Origin: an uncultured Ruminococcus sp.
GTDB taxonomy: Bacteria > Bacillota > Clostridia > Oscillospirales > CAG-382
Reading direction: 5' to 3'
DNA: 64,000 nucleotides
Assembly (NCBI GenBank): GCA_964571635.1
Contig: CAZNCN010000005.1
Location: 15,788-79,787, forward strand
Shown here: positions 24,939-33,536 of the stretch, piece by piece
Position numbering within the stretch: position 1 is the first letter of the stretch
How the letters are laid out: each line of letters starts with the position of its first letter
Position numbers and translations under genes: made by a program
Notes under the pieces: generated by a model
Seen by the model: the letters and a program-made list of their open reading frames with translations, nothing else
Told to the model about the DNA's origin: nothing
The model's database searches: none

Positions 24939-25848
24939 TGTTTTCACCCGCTTTCTTTTTGGTCTTTGCATGAATGCCGCTGAAATACTTTGCGCGCAGG
25001 TTGGGTACGCCGAGGAATATCACGACGACGATTGCCGAAAGCATTTTGAGCAGGTCGGTATCTATGCCGATAAAAACTATTATCTGATAGATCATATAAT
25101 ATATCACGCCGCCCACCAGAACTCCGCAAAGTCTGACGGCAAAATTGCGTGCGACCTTTTGCATAACTACGTCACCGATGACGATGGCGGCAAGTCCGAT
25201 AACTATTGCGCCCTTGCCTGCGTTGATGTCGGCGGCACTCTGATACTGAGCGAGCAACGAGCCCGACAAAGCGACGATAGCGTTTGAAATGACGAGTCCC
25301 AGCACCTTGTTAAACTCGGTATTGATGCCCTGGGCACGTGCCATATTGTTGTTGCAGCCTGTTGCTCTGATCGAGCAGCCGAGCTCAGTGCCAAAGAACC
25401 AATAAAGTATGCCGATTATGACCGCCAATATAGCGAGCAGCGTCAGAATGACGTTCAGCGAGTCGCCCGTGGTGAGCACGAGCTGATATTTTCTCGGGTT
25501 GAGGCTTACGTTTGCCTGACCCTCTGTCACCTTGAGATATACAGACCACAGCATCATCTGCGTCAATATGCCCGAAAGTATCGCGGGAATATCCAGAACA
25601 GTGTGCAAAAGACCTGTGACAAGTCCTGCCAGCGCACCTGCGGCGGTTGCACAGAGCATAGCAACCCACGGATTGACGCCGGACGTGATGAGAACAGCAC
25701 ATACGGCTTCGCCCAAAATGATCGTTCCGTCAACCGTCAGATCTGAGATAGCAAGTATTTTATATGTAATGTATAATCCTATCGCCATTATACCCCAGAT
25801 GAGACCTTGAGATATCGCTCCGGGCAGCGAGCCTAAGAGTTGTTCCAT
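24931..25848 (-). CDS. ABC transporter permease (COG4120 type)
   Basis: 305 aa, polytopic, and located between the binding-protein and ATPase genes. An AAGGA RBS lies upstream. Confidence 0.8.
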   Translation of the reverse strand: MEQLLGSLPGAISQGLIWGIMAIGLYITYKILAISDLTVDGTIILGEAVCAVLITSGVNPWVAMLCATAAGALAGLVTGLLHTVLDIPAILSGILTQMMLWSVYLKVTEGQANVSLNPRKYQLVLTTGDSLNVILTLLAILAVIIGILYWFFGTELGCSIRATGCNNNMARAQGINTEFNKVLGLVISNAIVALSGSLLAQYQSAADINAGKGAIVIGLAAIVIGDVVMQKVARNFAVRLCGVLVGGVIYYMIYQIIVFIGIDTDLLKMLSAIVVVIFLGVPNLRAKYFSGIHAKTKKKAGENNA

Positions 25849-25904
25849 GCCAGTTTCCTTTTGATTTTAAGAATAATGCTTTTATAAAATAACAGATATA
25901 ACGA

Positions 25905-26882
25905 TCACTCGATCGCGGTATAGCCCTCGGGAATGGTTATGCCGAGCAATTCAGCCATTTCGGCATTGTATTTTTTGGTTGCGGGGGCATATTCGATGGG
26001 CATTTCAGAGATGTTTGCCTCGCCCTTCAGGATCTTTGCAGCCATTTTGCCTGTCTGCACGCCGAGGTCATAATAGCTTATCGAAAGCGATGCGATGCCG
26101 CAAGCCTTGGCAGTGTTTTCTTCACCTGCAAATGTGGGCACCTTCTTTTCACGGACGATGTTGCCGATGGTCTCTGCGCACGAAGCAGCAGTGTTGTCGG
26201 TGGGAATATAAATTGCGTCGCATTCTGCTGCGGCAGCGTTGGTTATTGCGATGATGTCGTTGGAGTCAGAGAAGGGGTATGCCTTGGCGACAACATTCTT
26301 TTTTGTGAGGTATTCGGTGACCTTCTCAACCTGATATTTGGAGTTTGCTTCGCCCGAGCAATAGATTATGCCGACCGACTTGACATCGGGGCAGATCTCA
26401 AGGATCATGTCAACCTGCTGGTCGAGCGGTGCAAGGTCGGAAGTGCCCGAAACATTGCTGCCGACGGTGCCGTTGAAGTTGTCGAGGTCGAGCGCAACGC
26501 TGTATTCGGTGATAGAAGTACCGAGCACGGGGATGGGGTTGGAAACAGTAGTGCTGTATGCAGCCTGAAGTGCAGGCGTTGCGTTAGCGAGGATGAGGTC
26601 AACGTTTTTGTTGACGAATTTGGTGATTATAGTTGTGCAGACGTTGGTGTCGCCCGAAGCGTTCTGCATATCGATGTCGACATTTTCTTCGCCAAGCTCG
26701 GCGATGACTGCGTCGATAAAGCCCTGCGTTGCGGCGTCAAGCGCTGCGTGCTGTGTGAGCTGGCATATGCCGATGGTGTACTTTTTGCTCGTGTTGTCAG
26801 AGCAAGCGGCAAATGCAAGGCACGAAACTGCGAGCATTGCAAGTGCGAGAACGAGCGATAAAGCTTTTTTGATGTTTTTCAT
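25905..26882 (-). CDS. ABC transporter substrate-binding lipoprotein (ABC_sub_bind / COG2984 type)
   Basis: The start is at MKNIKKALSLVLALAMLAVSCLAFAAC (lipobox, GGAGGA RBS). The three genes match the TrpXYZ-like putative aromatic amino acid uptake family. The substrate is not determinable from sequence. Confidence 0.75.
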   Translation of the reverse strand: MKNIKKALSLVLALAMLAVSCLAFAACSDNTSKKYTIGICQLTQHAALDAATQGFIDAVIAELGEENVDIDMQNASGDTNVCTTIITKFVNKNVDLILANATPALQAAYSTTVSNPIPVLGTSITEYSVALDLDNFNGTVGSNVSGTSDLAPLDQQVDMILEICPDVKSVGIIYCSGEANSKYQVEKVTEYLTKKNVVAKAYPFSDSNDIIAITNAAAAECDAIYIPTDNTAASCAETIGNIVREKKVPTFAGEENTAKACGIASLSISYYDLGVQTGKMAAKILKGEANISEMPIEYAPATKKYNAEMAELLGITIPEGYTAIE

Positions 26883-27002
26883 AATGATTCCTCCTGCCAA
26901 TTGGCGATTTGACAAAAAGTGCGTCATGCACGTCACTGCAAAAAATGCGTCAATTGCAGGTGAAATGTGCATATTTATGCACCGCTGTCTTATATGCGGG
27001 AT

Positions 27003-27031
27003 ATTGTACCACTAAAACAAGTAATTGTCAA
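27003..27031 (-). promoter_or_regulatory. sigA-type promoter for the 3-gene ABC operon
   Basis: On the minus strand: TTGACA, a 17-nt spacer, then TACAAT. A leader of about 120 nt follows. Confidence 0.45.
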
Positions 27032-27052
27032 TGTATAAAATATAAATAAATA

Positions 27053-27844
27053 TTAGCCCACCGGAGCACCATATCCGTCCTCTGACGGCACACCTGTCAA
27101 AGCACCGTATCCACCCTCGGAGGGGGGTTCTGCCTGAGTATGAGTGGCAGGCGGTTGCAGCTCCTCGTCATGAGTGACTATCCGACCATATTTGTCGGTG
27201 GCGTTATGCTCTCCGACAAAAACGCCATAGCCTATCTTTGCGGGCCCTTCGTCAGCGTGCGAGGGCTCCGGCTCGTGCTGCTGTCCGTGGACAGCACCAT
27301 AGCCGTCCGAGGCTTGCTCATCAGTATGTATATCTATATCTGTGTCTGTGTGCAAAAGCACACCATAGCCTATTTCGGGCTGCGAGGTCTGCGTGGCTTC
27401 GATATGTGCGGTCTGCACGGCAGGCTGCGGCGAGGCAGCGGCGGAAAATGCATAAGGGGTTAGTGCGCTGATTATTTTTTCAAACCCTGCGTCACCGTTT
27501 TCTATCGAATCAACATCGACGATCTGCTGGTTGCCGAGATAAAACTCAAAGCTACCCGCAAGCTCGCATCTGTCTATTCTCATTGGGAAAACAGGCTTGC
27601 GATAGGTCAGTGCACGCTCAAGCTCCTTGTCGACCCAAGTCGATGCCTGAGATTGATTCGAGAGCAACAGCAACAGGCACTCGCACTCTTTGATAGCGTT
27701 GGTGATAACTGCGGCATAGCGCTGACCTGCGGGAATGTCGTAGGGTGCCATCCACAATTTGATATTGCGGCTCAAAAGACTTGCACGCACAGCTTCGGCG
27801 GCATCTTTGTCGGCAGAGCTATAGCTGATGAATACGTATCCCAT
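27053..27844 (-). CDS. TIR-domain protein with a low-complexity GYG-repeat C-terminus
   Basis: 263 aa with an AAGGAG RBS. The TIR_2-type N-terminus reads YVFISYSSADKDAAEAV...CLLLLLSNQSQASTWVDKELERAL and includes the conserved W..E glutamate (E74). The C-terminal 125 aa contain five GYG motifs. Confidence 0.8.
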   Translation of the reverse strand: MGYVFISYSSADKDAAEAVRASLLSRNIKLWMAPYDIPAGQRYAAVITNAIKECECLLLLLSNQSQASTWVDKELERALTYRKPVFPMRIDRCELAGSFEFYLGNQQIVDVDSIENGDAGFEKIISALTPYAFSAAASPQPAVQTAHIEATQTSQPEIGYGVLLHTDTDIDIHTDEQASDGYGAVHGQQHEPEPSHADEGPAKIGYGVFVGEHNATDKYGRIVTHDEELQPPATHTQAEPPSEGGYGALTGVPSEDGYGAPVG

Positions 27845-27883
27845 AACGTCACTCCTTGTTTTGGTTTTGATAAATATAAAAGC

Positions 27884-27912
27884 ATTATAATAGTATTTAT
27901 AAAAAAAGTCAA
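27884..27912 (-). promoter_or_regulatory. Dedicated sigA-type promoter for the TIR gene
   Basis: On the minus strand: TTGACT, a 17-nt spacer, then TATAAT. It lies immediately after the hydrogenase operon terminator. Confidence 0.5.
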
Positions 27913-27942
27913 GCGGACGCAGAGGATCTGCGCCCGCTTTTT
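27901..27942 (-). terminator. Terminator of the hydrogenase operon
   Basis: On the minus strand: agcgggcgcaga-tcct-ctgcgtccgct, followed by tgacttttttt. Confidence 0.7.
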
Positions 27943-27959
27943 GCAGTTAATATACTGTT

Positions 27960-29705
27960 TTAGTTATATTTTTTGCGTGCAGTATAGGTGGTGTGCAGCA
28001 ATTCGTGTGCAAGGTGGCTGCCCGGCTCGGTGAGGAACTCTGCATAAAGCGTCTTGAGTTCTTCATTCTCGTGGGACTTGCGCTTTGCCTTGCCTGCGTC
28101 TTCGCCGTAGATAGCCTTTGCGCGCTCAACGCGAGGATCAACATAGCACTTTGTGGTAGCGTCGACGATAGGTGTGCCGCCACCGGTCACGCAGCCGCCG
28201 GGGCAGCCCATGATCTCGATGAATGTATAATCCTTTTCGCCTCTCTTGACAGCGTCAAGCAGCTTGCCTGCGTTGCCTGTGCCGCTTGCGACTGCAACGG
28301 TGATCTTCTTGCCGTCGAGATCGATCTCGGCCTCTTTGACACCTTCGATGCCGCGGACAGCGACAAAGTCGATGTTTTCGAGAGTCTTGCCTGTGACCTT
28401 CTCATAAACGGTACGGAGAGCAGCCTCCATAACACCGCCGGTGACGCCGAAGATGACACCTGCACCGGTCGATTCGCCGAGAACAGAGTCAAAGTCTTCG
28501 TCGGGCAGACGTGCAAAGTCGATGCCTGCTGCCTTCATCATGCGGGCAGCTTCACGGACTGTGAGGACTGCGTCAATGTCTGCAAGACCGCCGACAGAGA
28601 GCTCTTCACGCTTAGCCTCATACTTCTTTGCCGTGCAGGGCATGACAGAAACAACATAGATGTCCTTGGGATCGATGCCTGCTTTTTTAGCATAATAGCT
28701 CTTGATGACGGCGCCGAGCATCTCGTGAGGAGATTTGCAGCTCGAGAGGTTGGGTATGAATTCGGGATAGAAGGACTCGCAATACTTGACCCAGCCGGGC
28801 GAGCACGAGGTGATCATCGGCAGAGCGCCGCCCTCGGTGAGGCGGTGGATAAGCTCGGTGCCTTCTTCCATAATAGTAAGGTCTGCGGCGAAATCGGTGT
28901 CAAACACCTTGTCGAAGCCGAGCCTGCGGAGTGCGGAAACGAGCTTGCCTGTGCAGGCCGTGCCCATGGGCAGACCGAATTCTTCGCCGATGGTAGCACG
29001 CACTGCGGGTGCGGGCTGAACGACAACATGCTTTGTGGGGTCTTTGATAGCTGCCCAGACCTCGTCGATCGACTCTTTCTCATGCAGAGCGCCGACAGGG
29101 CAGGCGAGTATGCACTGACCGCAGTTGATGCAGGGTGATTCTGCGAGCGACTTGCCATAGATGCAGCCGACAGTCGACTTGAAACCACGCTTGGACATGC
29201 CGATAGCACCGATGCCCTGAACCTTGTTGCAGGTTGCGATGCAGCGACGGCAGTTGATGCACTTGCTGTTGTCGCGAACGATAGAGGGCGAAACTGCGTC
29301 GGGTGCTTCGGTATGAGTCTTGCAGCCCTCAAAGCCATAGCGGTCAACGCCGTACTCCTGGCAGAGCTTCTGCAATTCGCAATTGCCCGAGCGGATGCAG
29401 CTGGTGCATTCGCGGTTGTGGTTAGAGAGCAAAAGCTCAAGGTTAAGTCTGCGCGATTCACGCAGAGCGGGTGTATTTGTGTGAACTACCATGCCTTCGC
29501 CTACGGGGGAGACACATGCAGCCTGCAGGCCTCTGGCTCTCTCGACCTCGACAACGCACAGGCGGCATGCGCCTATTTCGTTGACGTCCTTGAGATAGCA
29601 AAGCGTGGGAATATTGACATGAGCTTCTCTCGCGGCATCGAGTATGGTGTAGGTGGAGGGAACGGTTACCTGAATGCCGTCAATTGTGAGCGTTACAGTT
29701 TTCAT
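27960..29705 (-). CDS. hydA: [FeFe]-hydrogenase catalytic subunit (group A3, HydA/HndD-like)
   Basis: 581 aa. The N-terminus has 2Fe-2S and 4Fe-4S ferredoxin modules. The H-cluster motifs are TSCSPGW, MPCTAKK and the CPGGC-containing MGCPGGCVTGGG. Confidence 0.9.
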   Translation of the reverse strand: MKTVTLTIDGIQVTVPSTYTILDAAREAHVNIPTLCYLKDVNEIGACRLCVVEVERARGLQAACVSPVGEGMVVHTNTPALRESRRLNLELLLSNHNRECTSCIRSGNCELQKLCQEYGVDRYGFEGCKTHTEAPDAVSPSIVRDNSKCINCRRCIATCNKVQGIGAIGMSKRGFKSTVGCIYGKSLAESPCINCGQCILACPVGALHEKESIDEVWAAIKDPTKHVVVQPAPAVRATIGEEFGLPMGTACTGKLVSALRRLGFDKVFDTDFAADLTIMEEGTELIHRLTEGGALPMITSCSPGWVKYCESFYPEFIPNLSSCKSPHEMLGAVIKSYYAKKAGIDPKDIYVVSVMPCTAKKYEAKREELSVGGLADIDAVLTVREAARMMKAAGIDFARLPDEDFDSVLGESTGAGVIFGVTGGVMEAALRTVYEKVTGKTLENIDFVAVRGIEGVKEAEIDLDGKKITVAVASGTGNAGKLLDAVKRGEKDYTFIEIMGCPGGCVTGGGTPIVDATTKCYVDPRVERAKAIYGEDAGKAKRKSHENEELKTLYAEFLTEPGSHLAHELLHTTYTARKKYN

Positions 29706-29719
29706 TTATATGTTCCTCC

Positions 29720-31537
29720 TTATTTCTTGCTTATCGCGCCGAACTTGCAGACATCGACGCAGGTGCCGCACTTGACGCACTTGCTCTGGTCGATGACGAA
29801 CGGCTTGCGGATCTCGCCCGAGATAGCACCGACGGGGCACTTACGCGAGCATGCGCTGCAGCCCTTGCACTTTTCGGGGTCGATGACGTATTGTGCCAAA
29901 GCCTTGCAGCTGCCTGCAGGGCAACGCTTCTCTTTGATGTGAGCTTCATACTCGTCGCGGAAGAAGCGGAGCGTCGAAAGAACGGGGTTGGGAGCGGTCT
30001 GACCGAGCGCGCAGAGCGAGTTGGTCTTGATCATGTTGGCGAGCTCCTCGAGACGTTCAATATCGCCTTCTTCGCCCTTGCCCTCGGTGATACGGGTGAG
30101 TATCTCGAGCATTCTGCGAGTACCGACACGGCAGGGTGTGCACTTGCCGCAGGATTCGTCAACGATGAATTCGAGGAAGAACTTTGCGATGTCAACCATG
30201 CAGTTGTCCTCGTCCATGACGATCATGCCGCCCGAGCCCATCATGCAGCCCATTGCGACGAGAGTGTCATAGTCAACGGGGGTGTCGAGCAGGTGTGCGG
30301 GAATGCAGCCGCCCGAAGGGCCACCGGTCTGAACAGCCTTGAACTTTTTGCCGCCGGGAACGCCGCCGCCGATATCCTCGATGATAGTGCGCAGGGGAGT
30401 GCCCATGGGGATCTCAACGAGGCCTGTGTGAGTGATCTTGCCGCCGAGAGCAAAGATCTTGGTGCCCTTGGACTTTTCGGTGCCCATAGAAGCGAACCAG
30501 TCAGCACCCTTGAGTATAATCTGTGCAACGTTTGCATATGTCTCAACGTTGTTGATGATGGTGGGATGTCCAAACAGACCCTTGACTGCAGGGAACGGAG
30601 GACGGGGTCTGGGCTCGCCGCGGTTGCCCTCGATAGAGGTGAGCAGTGCGGTCTCTTCGCCGCAGACGAATGCACCTGCGCCAAGACGCAAGGAGATGTC
30701 AAAGTCAAAGCCTGTGCCGAATATGTTCTTGCCGAGCATACCGTATTCGTGTGCCTGATCGATAGCGATCTGCAGACGCTCGACTGCGATAGGATATTCT
30801 GCACGGACATAGATATAGCCCTGGTCAGCACCGATAGCATAGCCTGCGATAGCCATGGATTCGAGAACTGCGTGGGGGTCGCCCTCGAGGACCGATCTGT
30901 CCATGAATGCGCCGGGGTCACCCTCGTCGGCGTTGCAGACGACATATTTTTTGTCTGCGTTCGGGTTGTTCTCGAGAGTCTGGTCAGCAGCGAACTGCCA
31001 CTTGCGACCGGTGGGGAAGCCACCGCCGCCTCTGCCACGGAGACCCGAAGCGAGTATGGTGTCGATGACCTGCTGAGGGGTCATTTCGGTGAGAACCTTG
31101 CCGAGAGCGGCATAGCCGTCCATGGCGATATATTCTTCGATGTTTTCGGGGTTGATAACACCGCAGTTGCGCAGAGCAACGCGCTTCTGGCTCTTATAGA
31201 ACGAGGTGTCGCCCAGCGAAAGTGCCTTGTGGTCGACCTTGTCCTTGATGGTGTGGTCGCGATAAATGAGGCGGTCGACTATGCGGCCTTTGAGCAGATG
31301 CTCCTCGACGATCTCGGGAACGTCGTCAGCCGTAACAGACGAATAAAACACGCCTTCGGGATAGATGATCATAATAGGGCCGAGTGCGCAGAGACCGAAG
31401 CAGCCGGTGTGAACTATCTCGACTTCGTCCTGCAGACCCTTCTTCTCAAGCTCTTCCGCCAGCGCTTTGCGTATGGCGGCGCTGCCGGAGGAGGTGCAGC
31501 CGGTGCCTGCACAAACTAATACATGAGCACGAATCAT
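29720..31537 (-). CDS. hydB: NuoF-like flavoprotein subunit of the bifurcating hydrogenase (HydB/HndC)
   Basis: 605 aa. The FMN/NADH motifs are GRGGGGFPTG and CNADEGDPGAF. The SLBB segment contains ESCGKCTPCR, and the C-terminus has two 4Fe-4S motifs. Confidence 0.9.
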   Translation of the reverse strand: MIRAHVLVCAGTGCTSSGSAAIRKALAEELEKKGLQDEVEIVHTGCFGLCALGPIMIIYPEGVFYSSVTADDVPEIVEEHLLKGRIVDRLIYRDHTIKDKVDHKALSLGDTSFYKSQKRVALRNCGVINPENIEEYIAMDGYAALGKVLTEMTPQQVIDTILASGLRGRGGGGFPTGRKWQFAADQTLENNPNADKKYVVCNADEGDPGAFMDRSVLEGDPHAVLESMAIAGYAIGADQGYIYVRAEYPIAVERLQIAIDQAHEYGMLGKNIFGTGFDFDISLRLGAGAFVCGEETALLTSIEGNRGEPRPRPPFPAVKGLFGHPTIINNVETYANVAQIILKGADWFASMGTEKSKGTKIFALGGKITHTGLVEIPMGTPLRTIIEDIGGGVPGGKKFKAVQTGGPSGGCIPAHLLDTPVDYDTLVAMGCMMGSGGMIVMDEDNCMVDIAKFFLEFIVDESCGKCTPCRVGTRRMLEILTRITEGKGEEGDIERLEELANMIKTNSLCALGQTAPNPVLSTLRFFRDEYEAHIKEKRCPAGSCKALAQYVIDPEKCKGCSACSRKCPVGAISGEIRKPFVIDQSKCVKCGTCVDVCKFGAISKK

Positions 31538-31558
31538 TTTGCAATATCCTCCGTTAAA

Positions 31559-31930
31559 TTATATTTGTGTGCCATCGAGCATATACTCGGTGACGGGTTT
31601 GCCGCCCTTGATGTGTTCGGCGACGACTCTGCGTGCCTTCTCGGGGGTCATTTTTACATAAGTGATCTTCTCTTTGCCGGGCTCGATGACCTCGACTATA
31701 GGCTCCTGCTCGCACATACCTATGCAGCCGGACTGATAAACGATGGCTTTGGTATAGACCTCGTCCTCTGCGACTGCCTCGACAAGTGCATGCAAAACCT
31801 CTCTTGCGCCTGCGGCGATGCCACAGGTTGCCATGCCGACAACGATGCGTGTGCCGTTTTCACCTTCACGAAGAGAGATGTTTCTGCTCATCTTCTGCTT
31901 GATCGCGGCAAGTTCCTGCAATGTTTTCAT
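31559..31930 (-). CDS. Thioredoxin-like [2Fe-2S] ferredoxin (HndB-like)
   Basis: 123 aa with cysteines in MATCGIAAG and GCIGMCEQEP. It occupies the conserved position in hyd operons. Confidence 0.7.
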   Translation of the reverse strand: MKTLQELAAIKQKMSRNISLREGENGTRIVVGMATCGIAAGAREVLHALVEAVAEDEVYTKAIVYQSGCIGMCEQEPIVEVIEPGKEKITYVKMTPEKARRVVAEHIKGGKPVTEYMLDGTQI

Positions 31931-31968
31931 GCTTTGATTGATCCTTTCGGGTTATAGTTTATTTTTTA

Positions 31969-32520
31969 TTATTCGTAAAAAAGGGTGTACTGATTTGTGA
32001 GCTCGTTTTTTGCCCACTGCAAAACAGCGGGTATTGACAGTGGCAGTGAGCCTATCACCTGTCGTATCTCGACTGTGTCGATAAAGACCTGACTGTCGCC
32101 TGATCGATGGCAGAACCTGAATTCGGCATCGCCGATGCCTGACAGAATCGCTGACACCGTCGAAGCGACGTCGCCGAGCTTCGGGCAATATTCGCTCGCT
32201 TTGACAAAGCTCGCACATACGACCGTGCCGTGAAAGCACGGGTGCGCGGCAATGCAGCGACTGCGTATGTCAAGCCCTCCGCCTGTCATCTCTGCCGTGT
32301 TTTTAAGCAGCCAAAGCCCAAGTCCGCCGTCACCGCCGCGAGTTGTGTATGCTCTGTCGGTGACAAAAGGCAGGACTTGCGCCTCTATGCCGTGTCCGTC
32401 GTCGCAGACGGTCATTTTGATAACCGAATGTGTTTCGAAAATATCGGCGGCGATATGCCTGCTGTGCGCCATGATAGAATTATTGACCGCATCGAGCAGA
32501 TGCAACGAAATATCCTGCAT
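31969..32520 (-). CDS. Histidine-kinase-like ATPase domain protein (stand-alone HATPase_c)
   Basis: 183 aa. The N-box-like segment is HLLDAVNNS, with DDGHGI and GGLGLWLL. No HisKA or sensor domain is present. Confidence 0.65.
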   Translation of the reverse strand: MQDISLHLLDAVNNSIMAHSRHIAADIFETHSVIKMTVCDDGHGIEAQVLPFVTDRAYTTRGGDGGLGLWLLKNTAEMTGGGLDIRSRCIAAHPCFHGTVVCASFVKASEYCPKLGDVASTVSAILSGIGDAEFRFCHRSGDSQVFIDTVEIRQVIGSLPLSIPAVLQWAKNELTNQYTLFYE

Positions 32521-32523
32521 GGC

Positions 32524-32862
32524 TTATTCCGATCTTGAGAGCAATCTGCCTATCACAAGGCATGTCTCATACACAGGCATATCCGAAACGGCTATGTTCA
32601 AGCCTCTCGCCTCTGCTGACGAAAGCATAAGCTCGTCCGGCTCTGCGCCCTCGCAGAGAATGACACAGGGCATATTGACCAGAGCCGCTATCGCAGCGAC
32701 ATTGACGCAGGTCATAACCGTAGCAAAGCACTGTCCCTTCGACGCCTTGTCCATAACGTTGCTGAGCAGATCACCTGCATAGCAGCCACTGACGCCCGTG
32801 TCGGGAGAGGGCATGTTGACGACTTTGAATCCGGCCTCGCTGACAAGCTCTGAAACTGTCAT
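32524..32862 (-). CDS. DRTGG-domain protein
   Basis: 112 aa. The small CBS-associated DRTGG-like pattern (CYAGDLLSNVM...VNVAAIAALVNMPCVILCEG) is seen as a conserved partner in hydABC operons. Confidence 0.55.
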   Translation of the reverse strand: MTVSELVSEAGFKVVNMPSPDTGVSGCYAGDLLSNVMDKASKGQCFATVMTCVNVAAIAALVNMPCVILCEGAEPDELMLSSAEARGLNIAVSDMPVYETCLVIGRLLSRSE

Positions 32863-32877
32863 AAAAATGCCTCGGTA

Positions 32878-33354
32878 TCAGTATTTTGCAAGTATGCCTT
32901 CAACGGCGTCGGCAGTGACCTTGCCATAAACGTCGTCGTTGATCATCATGACGGGTGCGAGACCGCAGCAGCCAAGGCAGCGAGTGTCGCGGATCGAGAA
33001 TTTGCCGTCTGTGGTGGTCTGGCCTGCCTCAATGTTGAGAGTTGACTTGACCTTGTCGAGAACGGCGCCTGCGCCTTTGACATAGCAGGCAGTGCCCGTG
33101 CAGACGCTTATGACATAGTCGCCTGTCGGGGTGAGGGTGAATTGTGCGTAAAATGTTGCAACGCCATAGACATCGCTTGTGGGAATGCCGAGCGAGTCGG
33201 CGATGAGCTCCATCGTCTCAAACGAAAGATAGCCAAAGAGATTTTGAGCCTTTTGCATGATAGGCATGAGAGGGCCCTCGGTGTCCTTGTGCTCGGCGAT
33301 AAACGCCTTGAGTTCTTCGGTCTTAGCTGCGATTTGCTCTTTAGAAAGTGCCAT
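32878..33354 (-). CDS. hydC: NuoE-like [2Fe-2S] subunit of the bifurcating hydrogenase (HydC/HndA)
   Basis: The start is at MALSKEQ (AGGAGGA RBS). The cluster cysteines lie in CTGTACYVKG and CLGCCGLAPV. Confidence 0.85.
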   Translation of the reverse strand: MALSKEQIAAKTEELKAFIAEHKDTEGPLMPIMQKAQNLFGYLSFETMELIADSLGIPTSDVYGVATFYAQFTLTPTGDYVISVCTGTACYVKGAGAVLDKVKSTLNIEAGQTTTDGKFSIRDTRCLGCCGLAPVMMINDDVYGKVTADAVEGILAKY

Positions 33355-33425
33355 AACACTTGTCCTCCTGAGTTTATAAATAAATAATGTTACCTGAAAT
33401 ATCGATACACTTGAAACCAACTTAT

Positions 33426-33454
33426 AATATACCATAGAATTCTGCACTTTGCAA
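33426..33454 (-). promoter_or_regulatory. sigA-type promoter for the hydrogenase operon
   Basis: On the minus strand: TTGCAA, a 17-nt spacer, then TATATT. Confidence 0.4.
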
Positions 33455-33536
33455 GTTTTTTAGCATTATTTTTTTATGGTTTTTATTGCAATTTGGCTTG
33501 ATGCGTGATAAAATTCATTTGAAGGGAGTGTGCTTT

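Noticed and set aside
27993-29138. 381-aa ORF on the plus strand, antisense to hydA.
   Set aside because: It is a shadow ORF opposite a gene with unmistakable H-cluster motifs. Its composition is low complexity and rich in A, C, G and D. No RBS is present.
29891-31519. 542-aa ORF on the plus strand, antisense to hydB.
   Set aside because: It is a shadow ORF opposite the NuoF-like gene. No recognisable motifs are present, and the frame is kept open by the codon bias of the sense strand.
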